Source of the DNA: Bacteriovoracia bacterium
GTDB taxonomy: Bacteria; Bdellovibrionota; UBA1018; CAIPTA01
DNA length: 64,000 bases
Direction of reading: 5' to 3'
NCBI GenBank assembly: GCA_050246755.1
Contig: JBFWVL010000001.1
Span: 1,312,001-1,376,000, forward strand
The notes under the pieces: generated by a model
Database searches by the model: none
What the model was told of the DNA's origin: nothing
The model's input: only the letters and a program-made list of their open reading frames with translations
Position numbers and translations under genes: made by a program
Part shown: one piece after another, positions 27,397-36,262 of the stretch
Numbering within the stretch: the first letter of the stretch is position 1
Layout of the letters: each line of letters starts with the position of its first letter

Positions 27397-28880
27397 TGAG
27401 CAAGACGAAACTCAGCAAGTCCAGAGTTGTCCTCGGCCTCCAGTGTTCCAAGGCACTCTACCTCTCCATTCATAAACCGGAGCTGGCGGAGGATGTCTCG
27501 GAGTCGCAACAGTTGATGTTTGATCAAGGGCACTCTGTGGGATTGCTGGCTCAAACTCGATTCCCTGGCGGCGTCGCTATAGATGCCCCGCCTACGGATT
27601 CGCAGGCCGCGCTCAAGAAAACGGCGGACGCGATTGCGAGCGGCACGCTTACGCTCTATGAGGCGACGTTTTGTCACGATGATGTACTTGTGAAGGTCGA
27701 TGTTCTAAATCGAGAGAGCCCTCGCCACGCCTGGGAAATAGTCGAAGTGAAATCATCAACGCAGGTGAAGGACGTTCACCTTTCGGATGTGGCCGTGCAG
27801 GTATGGGTGTGCCGAGGGGCCGGGCTCAAAGTGAAGACAGCTTCGGTAATGACTATCAACAATCAGTGCGTGTTACCCGATCTTTCTGATCTGTTCACAC
27901 TGACCGATGTTACTCAGGAGATCGACGACCATCTTAGTGATCTGCCGAAGGCGATAGCCGGGTTCAAGAAGATGCTGGCGACGACAGCGCAGCCGAATAT
28001 CGACATTGGCCCACACTGCGATGATCCCTATGATTGCAATTTCAAACCCCATTGCTGGTCGGCCAAGAAGATTCCAACAATTTCTGTATTCGATGTGCCC
28101 AGGCTTGCCACGAACAAAAAATGGGATTTTTATGGGAAAGGTAAGGTTCAACTCGCAAGCCTCGATGTGAGCGCATTCAACCAGACCCAAGTCCGAATGA
28201 TCGAATGCACCGTGAATGGGAAACGGTTCATGGATTCGGCAGGCATTGCTGCCGCATTAAAGGATTGGAAATTTCCACTGGCATTTTTGGATTTTGAAAC
28301 CGTCGGCTATGCCATCCCGAGGTATCCCAACCAGCGGCCTTATCAGCAAATTCCTTTTCAGTTCAGTTGCCACGTTCGAGCGACAAAGAAATCCACGCTA
28401 GAGCACCATGAATTCCTGAATGAATCCGACGCAGACCCTCGCGAAGCCATCAGCAAAGCTCTCTTGGACTCAGTTCCCAAAAGCGGAAGCGTTGTCGCAT
28501 ACAACATGGGCTTTGAAAGCGGCGTTTTGAAATCGCTCGCCGAAATGTTTCCGAAGTACCGCGCGCGGCTGTTGGAAATTGACGAACGCCTTGTCGATCC
28601 GTTGCCGATCATCCGATCCCACGTTTACGATCCAGAATTTCGCGGTAGCTTCAGCATCAAGGCCGTTGCCCCGGCCCTCCTTGGGAAATCTGCAAGTTAC
28701 GACGGCATGGCTGTTGGTGATGGTGGCGACGCGCAGGTGGCTTACCTTAGTATGACCGATCCAAAAACCGAGCCCGCCGAAAGAGCCCGTCTCCGACAAG
28801 CTCTCTTGGAGTATTGCCGCAAGGACACCTTGGGAATGGTTGATTTAGTTGATTGGCTATTTCAATCTTCTACGTCGTGA
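27396..28880 (+). CDS. DUF2779-domain protein (RecB/Cas4-like nuclease plus RNase H-like domain)
   Basis: LSKS…GLQC, VDVL…IVEVKSST, GPHCDDPYDCNFKPHC, FLDFET…PYQQIPFQFSCH, SFSIK and LLEYCRKDT motifs; TGATG overlap gives start 27396. Confidence 0.8.
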   Translation: MSKTKLSKSRVVLGLQCSKALYLSIHKPELAEDVSESQQLMFDQGHSVGLLAQTRFPGGVAIDAPPTDSQAALKKTADAIASGTLTLYEATFCHDDVLVKVDVLNRESPRHAWEIVEVKSSTQVKDVHLSDVAVQVWVCRGAGLKVKTASVMTINNQCVLPDLSDLFTLTDVTQEIDDHLSDLPKAIAGFKKMLATTAQPNIDIGPHCDDPYDCNFKPHCWSAKKIPTISVFDVPRLATNKKWDFYGKGKVQLASLDVSAFNQTQVRMIECTVNGKRFMDSAGIAAALKDWKFPLAFLDFETVGYAIPRYPNQRPYQQIPFQFSCHVRATKKSTLEHHEFLNESDADPREAISKALLDSVPKSGSVVAYNMGFESGVLKSLAEMFPKYRARLLEIDERLVDPLPIIRSHVYDPEFRGSFSIKAVAPALLGKSASYDGMAVGDGGDAQVAYLSMTDPKTEPAERARLRQALLEYCRKDTLGMVDLVDWLFQSSTS

Positions 28881-28894
28881 GGTTGATTGTTTGA

Positions 28895-29149
28895 TTACTG
28901 TCTCTTAATCATTGCAGAGGCTGAACGTAGCTTCTGATGAAACACGAATAGGTCAACTCTGTAGAGTTCTATCAACTTCGCAATCTGATTGAGGGGTGCT
29001 TTAATGGGCTTTGTTTCTATCGACCTGATTTTAGATGGGGGTTCTCCGACTAAGCCAGCAACAAGATCAACGGTGAGCTGCGCTCTCACTCTTTGAGATA
29101 TTAAAAAATCACTTAGGATCTTGTTTGCTTGGTTCACCCTAGTATCCAT
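28895..29149 (-). CDS. XRE-family HTH protein
   Basis: RVRAQLTVDLVAGLVG…IRSIE…LNQIAKLIELY pattern. Confidence 0.6.
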   Translation of the reverse strand: MDTRVNQANKILSDFLISQRVRAQLTVDLVAGLVGEPPSKIRSIETKPIKAPLNQIAKLIELYRVDLFVFHQKLRSASAMIKRQ

Positions 29150-29232
29150 ATCACAGTAAACGCATATAACGCATCTGGCTCTGGTTTACTATCGTAAATC
29201 TAACATCGTAAACGATTTTTTATCATGGGAGT

Positions 29233-29451
29233 ATGAAGAATGCTAATAATGATGTCCTCGCAAAGCTCCGAAAAGACGTTATGAGCGAAATAAACAAGCA
29301 TTATAAAACCGTCGAGCAGTTTTGCTGGGAGAATGACCTTAACAAGGCGACCCTTTCTAATTTTCTTAACGATAAAAAAGACTTTAGAGTCTCTACGCTT
29401 GCCCAGATAGCCAAGGCATTAGGTAGAGAACTAAAAATCTCGTTAAATTAG
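29233..29451 (+). CDS. XRE-family HTH transcriptional regulator
   Basis: TVEQFC…LNKATLSNFLN…FRVSTLAQIAKALG; GGGAG RBS; divergent from the other HTH gene. Confidence 0.8.
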   Translation: MKNANNDVLAKLRKDVMSEINKHYKTVEQFCWENDLNKATLSNFLNDKKDFRVSTLAQIAKALGRELKISLN

Positions 29452-29464
29452 AAAATTTGAAGGA

Positions 29465-29641
29465 CTATTTATCGCGCCCTACAAGCGCAGAGTTAAGGAG
29501 CTTCAAGCTCACGATCCCTTGGCGATGGGCTTTCACCGCTTCGTCACGCATAACCTGCGTGAGATCAATTAGCCCTCCAGTGAGACCGACCACTAACGCT
29601 AGCTTTACCAGCCCTAGAATAATTCGTGCGATTAGGTTCAT
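29465..29641 (-). CDS. Small membrane-anchored hypothetical protein (58 aa; MNLIARIILGLVKLALVVGLTGGLIDLTQVMRDEAVKAHRQGIVSLKLLNSALVGRDK)
   Basis: Translated by hand; GGAGGT RBS; hydrophobic N-terminus; absent from the ORF track. Confidence 0.6.
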   Translation of the reverse strand: MNLIARIILGLVKLALVVGLTGGLIDLTQVMRDEAVKAHRQGIVSLKLLNSALVGRDK

Positions 29642-29706
29642 AAAAAATACCTCCGTTAAAGTTGAAAGATTGAAGTTAAATACGGTGCAAATTCCCTAGT
29701 GGAAAA

Positions 29707-29733
29707 TGCCCGCCGAGTGCCCAGGCGATGCCC
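29707..29733. repeat. Three TGCCC direct repeats at 11-bp spacing, possible integrase arm-type sites
   Basis: TGCCC at 29707, 29718 and 29729, about 130 bp inside the tRNA-Ser junction; function inferred. Confidence 0.45.
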
Positions 29734-29862
29734 GGACGGCCCGTTAGAAGTTGTTATTTCTGGTGATGTTTGAAGAAGTCCGAGTGAGCTAACTCACTGA
29801 ATCCATTCGTTACTGTTTTCGGGGGCTTGCCCCCAAGAGAGAGACTATTCGCAATCTAAAGT

Positions 29863-29952
29863 TGGCGGAGAGAGAGAGATTCGAACTCTCGATACTCTTT
29901 CGAGTATGCACCCTTAGCAAGGGTGTGCCTTCGGCCACTCGGCCATCTCTCC
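29863..29952 (-). tRNA. tRNA-Ser(GCT)
   Basis: GGAGAGATGGCCGAGTGG…CACCC-TT-GCT-AA-GGGTG, long variable arm, GTTCGAATC, encoded CCA. Confidence 0.97.
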
Positions 29953-29976
29953 GAATGCGAAACGTAACAAATTAAA

Positions 29977-30053
29977 TGGTGCGCAGGAGAGGAATCGAAC
30001 CTCCGACCTCCAGATTCGTAGTCTGATGCTCTATCCAACTGAGCTACCCGCGC
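29977..30053 (-). tRNA. tRNA-Arg(ACG)
   Basis: GCGCGGGTAGCTCAGTTGGATAGAGC, anticodon loop CT-ACG-AA, GGTTCGATTCC, CCA; 77 nt. Confidence 0.97.
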
Positions 30054-30203
30054 AACGCTGAAATTCTCGTCGCACAATACTGTACTCTTTCAGGAAAACG
30101 CAAGCATTCCTTACCTCTGGACTTCATGCCGCTTGAGGGGAAGCTCGGCTCTCGATATAGTGGTCCACTTGGCTAAATTGAATTTACGCGGAGCATAAAA
30201 ACA

Positions 30204-31571
30204 ATGAATTCCTCTATTTTTCGTGAATACGATATCCGGGGCATTGCCGGAAAAGACCTTAGCGCGGATTTTGCGCGCTGCCTGGGACGAGCTTATGTCC
30301 GCCTGGCAGAAGCCCGTACCAAAAGAATAGGCCTAAATATCGCGGTTGGCCGCGATTGCCGGCTTAGCGGAGAAGAATATTCCAGGGCCCTGATGGAGGG
30401 AATTATGCAGGCGGGGGCTAAAGTACATTATTTGGGTTTAGTAACCACCCCCATGACCTACTTTGCCACGCACCAAGCCGGCGTGGATGGTTCGATTATG
30501 GTTACGGGCTCTCATAACCCTCCAAACTATAATGGCTTCAAGATTTGTATCGGCAAAGGGACGCTTTTTGGAAGCGATATCCAAGAGCTTCGCCAGCTAA
30601 TGGAGAATGACAAGCACGAAAAAGAACCGATTAAAATCCCGCCGCCCCCTCAAGATATTTTTCCGGCTTATACCGATTTCCTCCTGTCGAACATAAAAAT
30701 TAAGCGACCGTTAAAAATCGTGGTCGACGCCGGCAATGGCGCCGGTTCCCATTTCGGCCCAACGATCTACCGTAAGCTTGGTTGCGAAGTGGTGGAGCTC
30801 TTCTGCGAGCCAGACGGAAATTTTCCCAATCACCCGGCTGACCCGACCGTGGAAAGCAATCTCCAGGATATCGTGGCGGCCGTAAAAAAAGAGAAGGCCG
30901 ATTGCGGCATCGCCTTTGATGGCGATGCCGATCGCATCGGCGTGGTAAATGAAAAAGGCGAAATTCTTTGGGGTGATGAACTAATGATAATTTTTGCCCG
31001 CGATGTACTGAAAGCGCATCCTGGCGCCACCATTATTTCCGAGGTAAAGAGCTCGCATCGCCTTTATACTGATATCGAAAAGCACGGCGGCAAAGGTTTG
31101 ATGTGGAAAACCGGCCATTCCTTAATCAAATCAAAAATGAAAGAGACCGGCGCTAAATTGGCCGGCGAAATGAGCGGACATATTTTCTTTGCGGATCGCT
31201 TCTTCGGTTTTGACGATGCGGTTTACGCCGGCGCCCGTTTTCTCGAAATCCTCGCGAACACGAATGGCAAAGCCTCCGATCTTTTAGCGGGCGTGCCCAA
31301 AACGGTAAACACTCCGGAAATCCGCGTGGACTGCGACGACGACAAGAAGTTTGCCGTGGTGGAAAAAATCCAGGCTTCCTTGCGGACAAAATACCGCACG
31401 AATGAGATCGACGGTATCCGGGTAGAATTCGGAGACGCCTGGGGCTTGGTTCGCGCGTCGAATACGCAACCCGTGATCGTGATGCGGTTTGAGGCTCAGT
31501 CTCAGGCCCGGCTTGATGAGATTCGTGGTATAATCGAGGGTGAGGCGCGTAAAGCTGGGCTGAAGATTTAA
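30204..31571 (+). CDS. Phosphomannomutase/phosphoglucomutase (AlgC-like)
   Basis: IFREYDIRG, TGSHNP catalytic Ser, FDGDADR metal loop, GEMSGH. Confidence 0.95.
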   Translation: MNSSIFREYDIRGIAGKDLSADFARCLGRAYVRLAEARTKRIGLNIAVGRDCRLSGEEYSRALMEGIMQAGAKVHYLGLVTTPMTYFATHQAGVDGSIMVTGSHNPPNYNGFKICIGKGTLFGSDIQELRQLMENDKHEKEPIKIPPPPQDIFPAYTDFLLSNIKIKRPLKIVVDAGNGAGSHFGPTIYRKLGCEVVELFCEPDGNFPNHPADPTVESNLQDIVAAVKKEKADCGIAFDGDADRIGVVNEKGEILWGDELMIIFARDVLKAHPGATIISEVKSSHRLYTDIEKHGGKGLMWKTGHSLIKSKMKETGAKLAGEMSGHIFFADRFFGFDDAVYAGARFLEILANTNGKASDLLAGVPKTVNTPEIRVDCDDDKKFAVVEKIQASLRTKYRTNEIDGIRVEFGDAWGLVRASNTQPVIVMRFEAQSQARLDEIRGIIEGEARKAGLKI

Positions 31572-31577
31572 GGAAAA

Positions 31578-34457
31578 ATGGCAGATCTAGAAACAACCAT
31601 CATCATTCGCGGGGCGCGCGAGCATAACCTCAAGAATATCGATCTTGATCTGCCAAAGAATTCACTCGTCGTGATTACGGGGCTGTCGGGTTCCGGTAAA
31701 TCTTCCCTGGCTTTCGATACTATCTATGCGGAGGGGCAACGCCGCTACGTGGAAAGCCTTTCGGCATACGCTCGGCAATTTCTCGAACAGATGACGAAGC
31801 CCGACGTGGACTCCCTCGAGGGGCTCGCTCCGTCTGTTTCGATCGAACAGCGAACCACCTCGCATAATCCCCGGTCCACGGTGGGGACCGTGACCGAAAT
31901 TTACGATTACATGCGCGTGCTTTGGGCAAAAGTGTCCAAGCCTGGCGCGGAAGGCGCGGAGTCTTTTTCGCACAGCCAGGAACAAATTATCGATAAAGTA
32001 ATGGCCCTGGAATCCGGCGCCAGAATTCAGATCTTGGCGCCGATTGTTGTTTCCCGAAAAGGTGAGCACAGCAAAGAAATCGAGGCGGCAAGAAAGTCTG
32101 GTTTTTCAAAGATTCGCGTGAACAAGGCCACATTTGATATTTTTGACGAGTTACCGATCGACAAAAAGAAAAATAATAGCATTTCGATCATCATCGATCG
32201 CTTTCTCGTGAAGCCGGAAAATCGTCCGCGTATTGCAAAGGCCGTGGAGCTTTCCCTGAAAATGGCGAAAGGTGCCGTGGCAATTGAAAGCGTTGTGGAG
32301 GGAGAAACCAAAACTCTTACTTTCAGCACCGGAATCGCAGATCCAACCACCGGATTGAGCCTGCCCAATCCAGAGCCGCGCCTATTTTCTTTTAATTCGC
32401 CGGTGGGGGCCTGTCCAAATTGCAACGGCCTCGGCTATCTCTACGAGTTTGATCCAGACTTAATCATTAATGATCCCAATCTTTCCCTCGCTGCCGGCGC
32501 TCTCGCGAACTGGACTGGTAAGCCTCTTCCCGGCAAGCCGAGTTACGAAGAACAAACCCTCGAGGCACTTTCGAAGCATTATAAATTCGATCTCGCTAAG
32601 CCATTTCGCGCGCTCTCGGAAAAGATTAAAAGCCTTATTTTTTATGGCACCGGAAAAGAAGAAATTAACTTTTCCTACCAGGGGAAACAGTCGAAGTATA
32701 AAACGAAACGTGCTTTTGAAGGCGTGATCAAAGACTTGGAGCGAAAGCAAAAAAATAGTGGGGAAGATGAGCAGGCCCAATTCGATCAGTTTATCGCCCG
32801 CACGGCGTGCGAAGATTGCCACGGCAATAGATTAAAACCAGAATCGCTCGCATTCAAAATTCGGGGGAAATCTATTGCGGATTCCGCTCGTTTGCCACTG
32901 CGGGAATGCCTAGCTTTCTTCGAGAGCCTTACGCTTAAAGGAAACGATGCGGTGGTAGCGGAGGTTCTGCTGCGGGAAATCCGCTCGCGTATTGGGTTCC
33001 TGATCGACGTGGGTTTGGACTATCTCGACATTTCTCGTTCTACTAATACCCTTTCCGGCGGGGAAACGCAGCGGGTTCGGCTCGCCACCCAAATCGGCGC
33101 TTCGCTCGTGGGCGTGCTTTACGTGCTCGATGAGCCGTCGATCGGCTTACACCAGCGCGATAACGCCAAGCTCATTGAATCTTTGAAGGAGCTCCGTGAT
33201 CGCGGAAATTCCGTAATCGTGGTGGAACATGACCGCGATACGATCGAACAAGCCGACTACGTGGTGGATATGGGTCCCGGCGCCGGCAAACTTGGCGGAG
33301 AAATCGTGGCGCGGGGAACTCCCGCAGATATCATGAAAGTAAAGGCCAGCCCCACCGGGAGATACCTGCGCGGCTATGATCAAATTCCGGTTCCCACAGA
33401 GCGCCGTAAACCCGACCCTAAGCGCATGCTGGAAATCAAAGGCTGCACCGGCAATAACCTAAAAGACGTAGACGCAAAGTTTCCCCTCGGAGCGCTCATT
33501 TGCGTTTCTGGCGTTTCCGGATCAGGAAAATCTACGTTGATTTTTGATACTCTCGTTCCGGTGCTCCGCCAAAAAATAAATCATTCCGGCGCCCAGGCCT
33601 CGCCCTATCGCGAAATCACGGGAACAGAGTTGCTGGATAAAGTAGTGCACGTGGACCAGTCGCCGATCGGGCGCAGCCCTCGTTCGAATCCCGCTACGTA
33701 TTCCGGGGTATTTACGCAAATTCGCACTCTCTTCGCGCAAACGGTGGATGCCCAGGTACGGGGTTATGATATCGGCCGCTTCTCTTTTAACGTGAAGGGC
33801 GGACGCTGCGATACCTGCGAAGGTGACGGCGCCATCAAAGTGGTGATGCACTTCCTTCCCGACGTTTATGTTCCCTGCCACGTATGCGGCGGCAAGCGCT
33901 ACAACCGGGAAACTCTCGCGGTAAAATATAAGGGCAAGAATATTGCCGACGTACTTGCGATGACGATTGAGGAGGCCGTCATCTTTTTCGAAAATGTACC
34001 CACGATCGAAAAATTCCTTCGGATCCTTCACGATGTGGGCTTGGGTTACGTGACGCTGGGCCAGTCAGCGACCACGCTCTCCGGCGGAGAAGCGCAGCGG
34101 ATGAAATTATCGCGCGAGCTCAGCAAGCGCCCTACGGGTCGTACGCTCTATATTCTCGATGAGCCTTCCACCGGCCTGCACTTCCAAGATATCCAGCAGC
34201 TGCTGCTGGTGATTCACCGGATCGTAGATCAAGGAAATACTGTGCTCGTGATCGAGCATAACCTCGATATTTTGAAACACGCGGATTATCTGATTGATCT
34301 TGGTCCCGAGGGCGGAGCAGGGGGCGGAAAAATTATTGCGGCGGGCACTCCCGAAGAAGTGGTGAAGGCCGGCAAGGGACATACCGCGCATTTTCTTGCG
34401 CCGTACTTGAATCTCAAGCCGGGTGTAAAAGAAAAAGAACTCCGGCCTCAAATCTAA
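31578..34457 (+). CDS. uvrA: Excinuclease ABC subunit A
   Basis: GAREHNLKN, GLSGSGKSSLAFDTIYAEGQRRYVESLS, two ABC ATPase modules. Confidence 0.98.
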   Translation: MADLETTIIIRGAREHNLKNIDLDLPKNSLVVITGLSGSGKSSLAFDTIYAEGQRRYVESLSAYARQFLEQMTKPDVDSLEGLAPSVSIEQRTTSHNPRSTVGTVTEIYDYMRVLWAKVSKPGAEGAESFSHSQEQIIDKVMALESGARIQILAPIVVSRKGEHSKEIEAARKSGFSKIRVNKATFDIFDELPIDKKKNNSISIIIDRFLVKPENRPRIAKAVELSLKMAKGAVAIESVVEGETKTLTFSTGIADPTTGLSLPNPEPRLFSFNSPVGACPNCNGLGYLYEFDPDLIINDPNLSLAAGALANWTGKPLPGKPSYEEQTLEALSKHYKFDLAKPFRALSEKIKSLIFYGTGKEEINFSYQGKQSKYKTKRAFEGVIKDLERKQKNSGEDEQAQFDQFIARTACEDCHGNRLKPESLAFKIRGKSIADSARLPLRECLAFFESLTLKGNDAVVAEVLLREIRSRIGFLIDVGLDYLDISRSTNTLSGGETQRVRLATQIGASLVGVLYVLDEPSIGLHQRDNAKLIESLKELRDRGNSVIVVEHDRDTIEQADYVVDMGPGAGKLGGEIVARGTPADIMKVKASPTGRYLRGYDQIPVPTERRKPDPKRMLEIKGCTGNNLKDVDAKFPLGALICVSGVSGSGKSTLIFDTLVPVLRQKINHSGAQASPYREITGTELLDKVVHVDQSPIGRSPRSNPATYSGVFTQIRTLFAQTVDAQVRGYDIGRFSFNVKGGRCDTCEGDGAIKVVMHFLPDVYVPCHVCGGKRYNRETLAVKYKGKNIADVLAMTIEEAVIFFENVPTIEKFLRILHDVGLGYVTLGQSATTLSGGEAQRMKLSRELSKRPTGRTLYILDEPSTGLHFQDIQQLLLVIHRIVDQGNTVLVIEHNLDILKHADYLIDLGPEGGAGGGKIIAAGTPEEVVKAGKGHTAHFLAPYLNLKPGVKEKELRPQI

Positions 34458-34461
34458 AAGC

Positions 34462-34490
34462 AAAAAGCCCCGGAACCTAAGTTCCGAGGC
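34462..34490 (-). terminator. Rho-independent terminator of atpE (between convergent uvrA and atpE)
   Basis: GCCCCGGAAC-CTAA-GTTCCGAGGC hairpin preceded by AAAAA (U-tract on the minus strand). Confidence 0.7.
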
Positions 34491-34515
34491 CTCTGCTTAT
34501 TCAATCTCAAAAAGA

Positions 34516-34824
34516 TTAAACAGTGATACCCGACGCGAAGAGGGTGAAGATGAGAAGGGTCTCAACGAACACCACACCGAGGAGCATAGGGGTGAAGATT
34601 TGTTCGCGGGCGCCAGGATTGCGGGCGATACCTTCAAGAGCAGCCGAAACGATTTTGCCTTGGCCAAGAGCGCAACCAAGAGCGGCAACGCCCACGGCGA
34701 AGCCTTTAGCAATTGCGTAGTAAGGACGGCCTTCGGCGGCAGCGTGGGCAGTTTCTTCAGCAAAAGCAAGCGCCGGGGCCAAGAATGCAACGGCTCCGCC
34801 TGCAAGATAAGTCAATTTTTTCAT
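34516..34824 (-). CDS. atpE: ATP synthase Fo subunit c
   Basis: GxGxAALG…GQG, IARNP loop, conserved Glu in VFVETL; N-terminal extension. Confidence 0.95.
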   Translation of the reverse strand: MKKLTYLAGGAVAFLAPALAFAEETAHAAAEGRPYYAIAKGFAVGVAALGCALGQGKIVSAALEGIARNPGAREQIFTPMLLGVVFVETLLIFTLFASGITV

Positions 34825-34855
34825 TTGGGGTCTCTCCTTGTTTAGTAACAGATGT

Positions 34856-35557
34856 TTAGTGGTGATCGCTTTCCTTGGCCAACGAAATATAGACCATGGT
34901 TAGCATTACGAAAATAAAGGACTGAATAAAGCAAACCAGTAGGCCGAGGAAATAGAAAGGAACGGGCACCACATAGGGCACTAAGTTAGTGAAAACAGAA
35001 AGAACGGTATGGTCGCCCACCATGTTTCCTTTAAGACGAAGCGCTAGCGTGAATGGGCGTACCACGTGACTGATGATCTCGATGGGCAAAAGCAACCAGG
35101 CCATATACCAAACTGGACCGAAAAAATGCAGAAGGTACTTCCAACCCGTGGCCTTGAAGCCTTGGTAATTATAGTAGAGAAACACGAAGGCACCACAGGC
35201 CAAGTTCGTATTGATATTGTCAGTGGGTGGGGCAAAACCCGGTAGTAACCCGAAAAGATTGCTGATGAAGATAAAAAGAAAGAGTCCGCCGACTACGGGA
35301 AAATAAATCGGCGCATCGTGGCCTAGAATACTCTTCGTTACGCCGTAAAGATTCTCGGCGGCGATATCGGCAAGATTTAAAAAACTCAATTTTTGCGGAG
35401 GTACGAGGTAATTTTTTTGCCCGGCAAGAGCGAGACGTGCAGCCAAAGCGAATGCCATCAAAAAAATACCCACCACGATGGTGGCGGCGATATGAACCTC
35501 TAATTGATTCAGTACGGGGATGTAGTGAAACCAACTAAAATGCGCTTCGTGTTCCAT
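34856..35557 (-). CDS. atpB: ATP synthase Fo subunit a
   Basis: PPTDNIN, RPFTLALRLKGNM, IQSFIFVMLTMVY. Confidence 0.95.
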   Translation of the reverse strand: MEHEAHFSWFHYIPVLNQLEVHIAATIVVGIFLMAFALAARLALAGQKNYLVPPQKLSFLNLADIAAENLYGVTKSILGHDAPIYFPVVGGLFLFIFISNLFGLLPGFAPPTDNINTNLACGAFVFLYYNYQGFKATGWKYLLHFFGPVWYMAWLLLPIEIISHVVRPFTLALRLKGNMVGDHTVLSVFTNLVPYVVPVPFYFLGLLVCFIQSFIFVMLTMVYISLAKESDHH

Positions 35558-35571
35558 TCTTCCGCTATCCC

Positions 35572-35802
35572 TTAAGACTTATCCGATTCGCTCTTCATCC
35601 ACTCTTTTGAAAGCCGCAGTATGCGCCATCCGCTATAGGTTAGTCCGATAAAAACAAAGACTAACGTAAACACAGGAGCAGAATGCCAGCGCTTATCAAT
35701 GGTGCTACCCAACCAATAACCGCCGCCGATAAAGGCCAGCAACTCACCCGAGACCAGGCTAAAAATCCCAGTCTTTTTCAATAATACAGGATCGAGAAGC
35801 AA
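35572..35802 (-). CDS. AtpZ/AtpI-family small membrane protein
   Basis: GGGYWLGSTIDKRW…P pattern with two TM helices upstream of atpB. Confidence 0.75.
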   Translation of the reverse strand: MLLDPVLLKKTGIFSLVSGELLAFIGGGYWLGSTIDKRWHSAPVFTLVFVFIGLTYSGWRILRLSKEWMKSESDKS

Positions 35803-35858
35803 GCTATTACCCGTGAACTTTCAGTACCATGTGCTCGGAAATTGCGTCAAGAATATCG

Positions 35859-36254
35859 TTAGTCTTGCACGTCGGAGATCCGTGGCATTCCATAGTGCAC
35901 AATGCCGGTGATCAAAACAGAAAATAGGAAGGCACCAATGCCTAGCGCAATCGCACCTTCGTTGCCCGAAGGCAGGAAACGGGATCCGGCGATTAAGGCC
36001 CCCCACCATAGAAATTTACCCATCAGCAGCAGAAGAATGGCCGTAGCATTGGCCTTTCTAACACCGGTTAGCACGGCAATGAGAAGTTCGGTGACCCATA
36101 GGCCTAACGCTAAGCACAATGACGAACCGACGGTAAGCAAAGCTCCATTTACTCCCCACAGCCAAAGCGCCAGGCCACCGGCGGCGGTGGCGGATACCGC
36201 CAAAGCGAGGAGGAGCATTTTTCTAACTTTACGCCATTTTTCAATTTGACTCAT
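35859..36254 (-). CDS. atpI: ATP synthase protein I-like membrane protein
   Basis: Four TM helices; position in the Fo cluster. Confidence 0.6.
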   Translation of the reverse strand: MSQIEKWRKVRKMLLLALAVSATAAGGLALWLWGVNGALLTVGSSLCLALGLWVTELLIAVLTGVRKANATAILLLLMGKFLWWGALIAGSRFLPSGNEGAIALGIGAFLFSVLITGIVHYGMPRISDVQD

Positions 36255-36262
36255 GAAAGGCC

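Larger units (their letters stand above)
1..29862. mobile_element. Integrative conjugative element / genomic island (right part; left end, integrase, relaxase and coupling protein lie outside the window)
   Basis: VirB-like conjugation operon, defence cargo and XRE regulators end just downstream of the 3' end of tRNA-Ser(GCT); housekeeping genes resume immediately beyond the tRNAs. Confidence 0.8.

Noticed and set aside
27396-28880. Cas4-like protein as sign of CRISPR-Cas
   Set aside because: No repeat-spacer array or other cas genes seen anywhere in the window
29868-29879. (GA)n microsatellite
   Set aside because: Part of the tRNA-Ser acceptor and T stems
29863-30053. tRNA order Arg(ACG) then Ser(GCT), the reverse of the common Ser-Arg arrangement
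   Set aside because: tRNA order varies between lineages; no evidence it is linked to the insertion
29457-30077. 80-aa (+) and 73-aa (-) ORFs from the track
   Set aside because: The first is antisense to an RBS-supported 58-aa ORF; the second overlaps two tRNA genes
34516-34824. Na+-coupled c-ring
   Set aside because: Has Gln and Glu-Thr but lacks the following Thr and Tyr of the Na+ signature; ion specificity cannot be called
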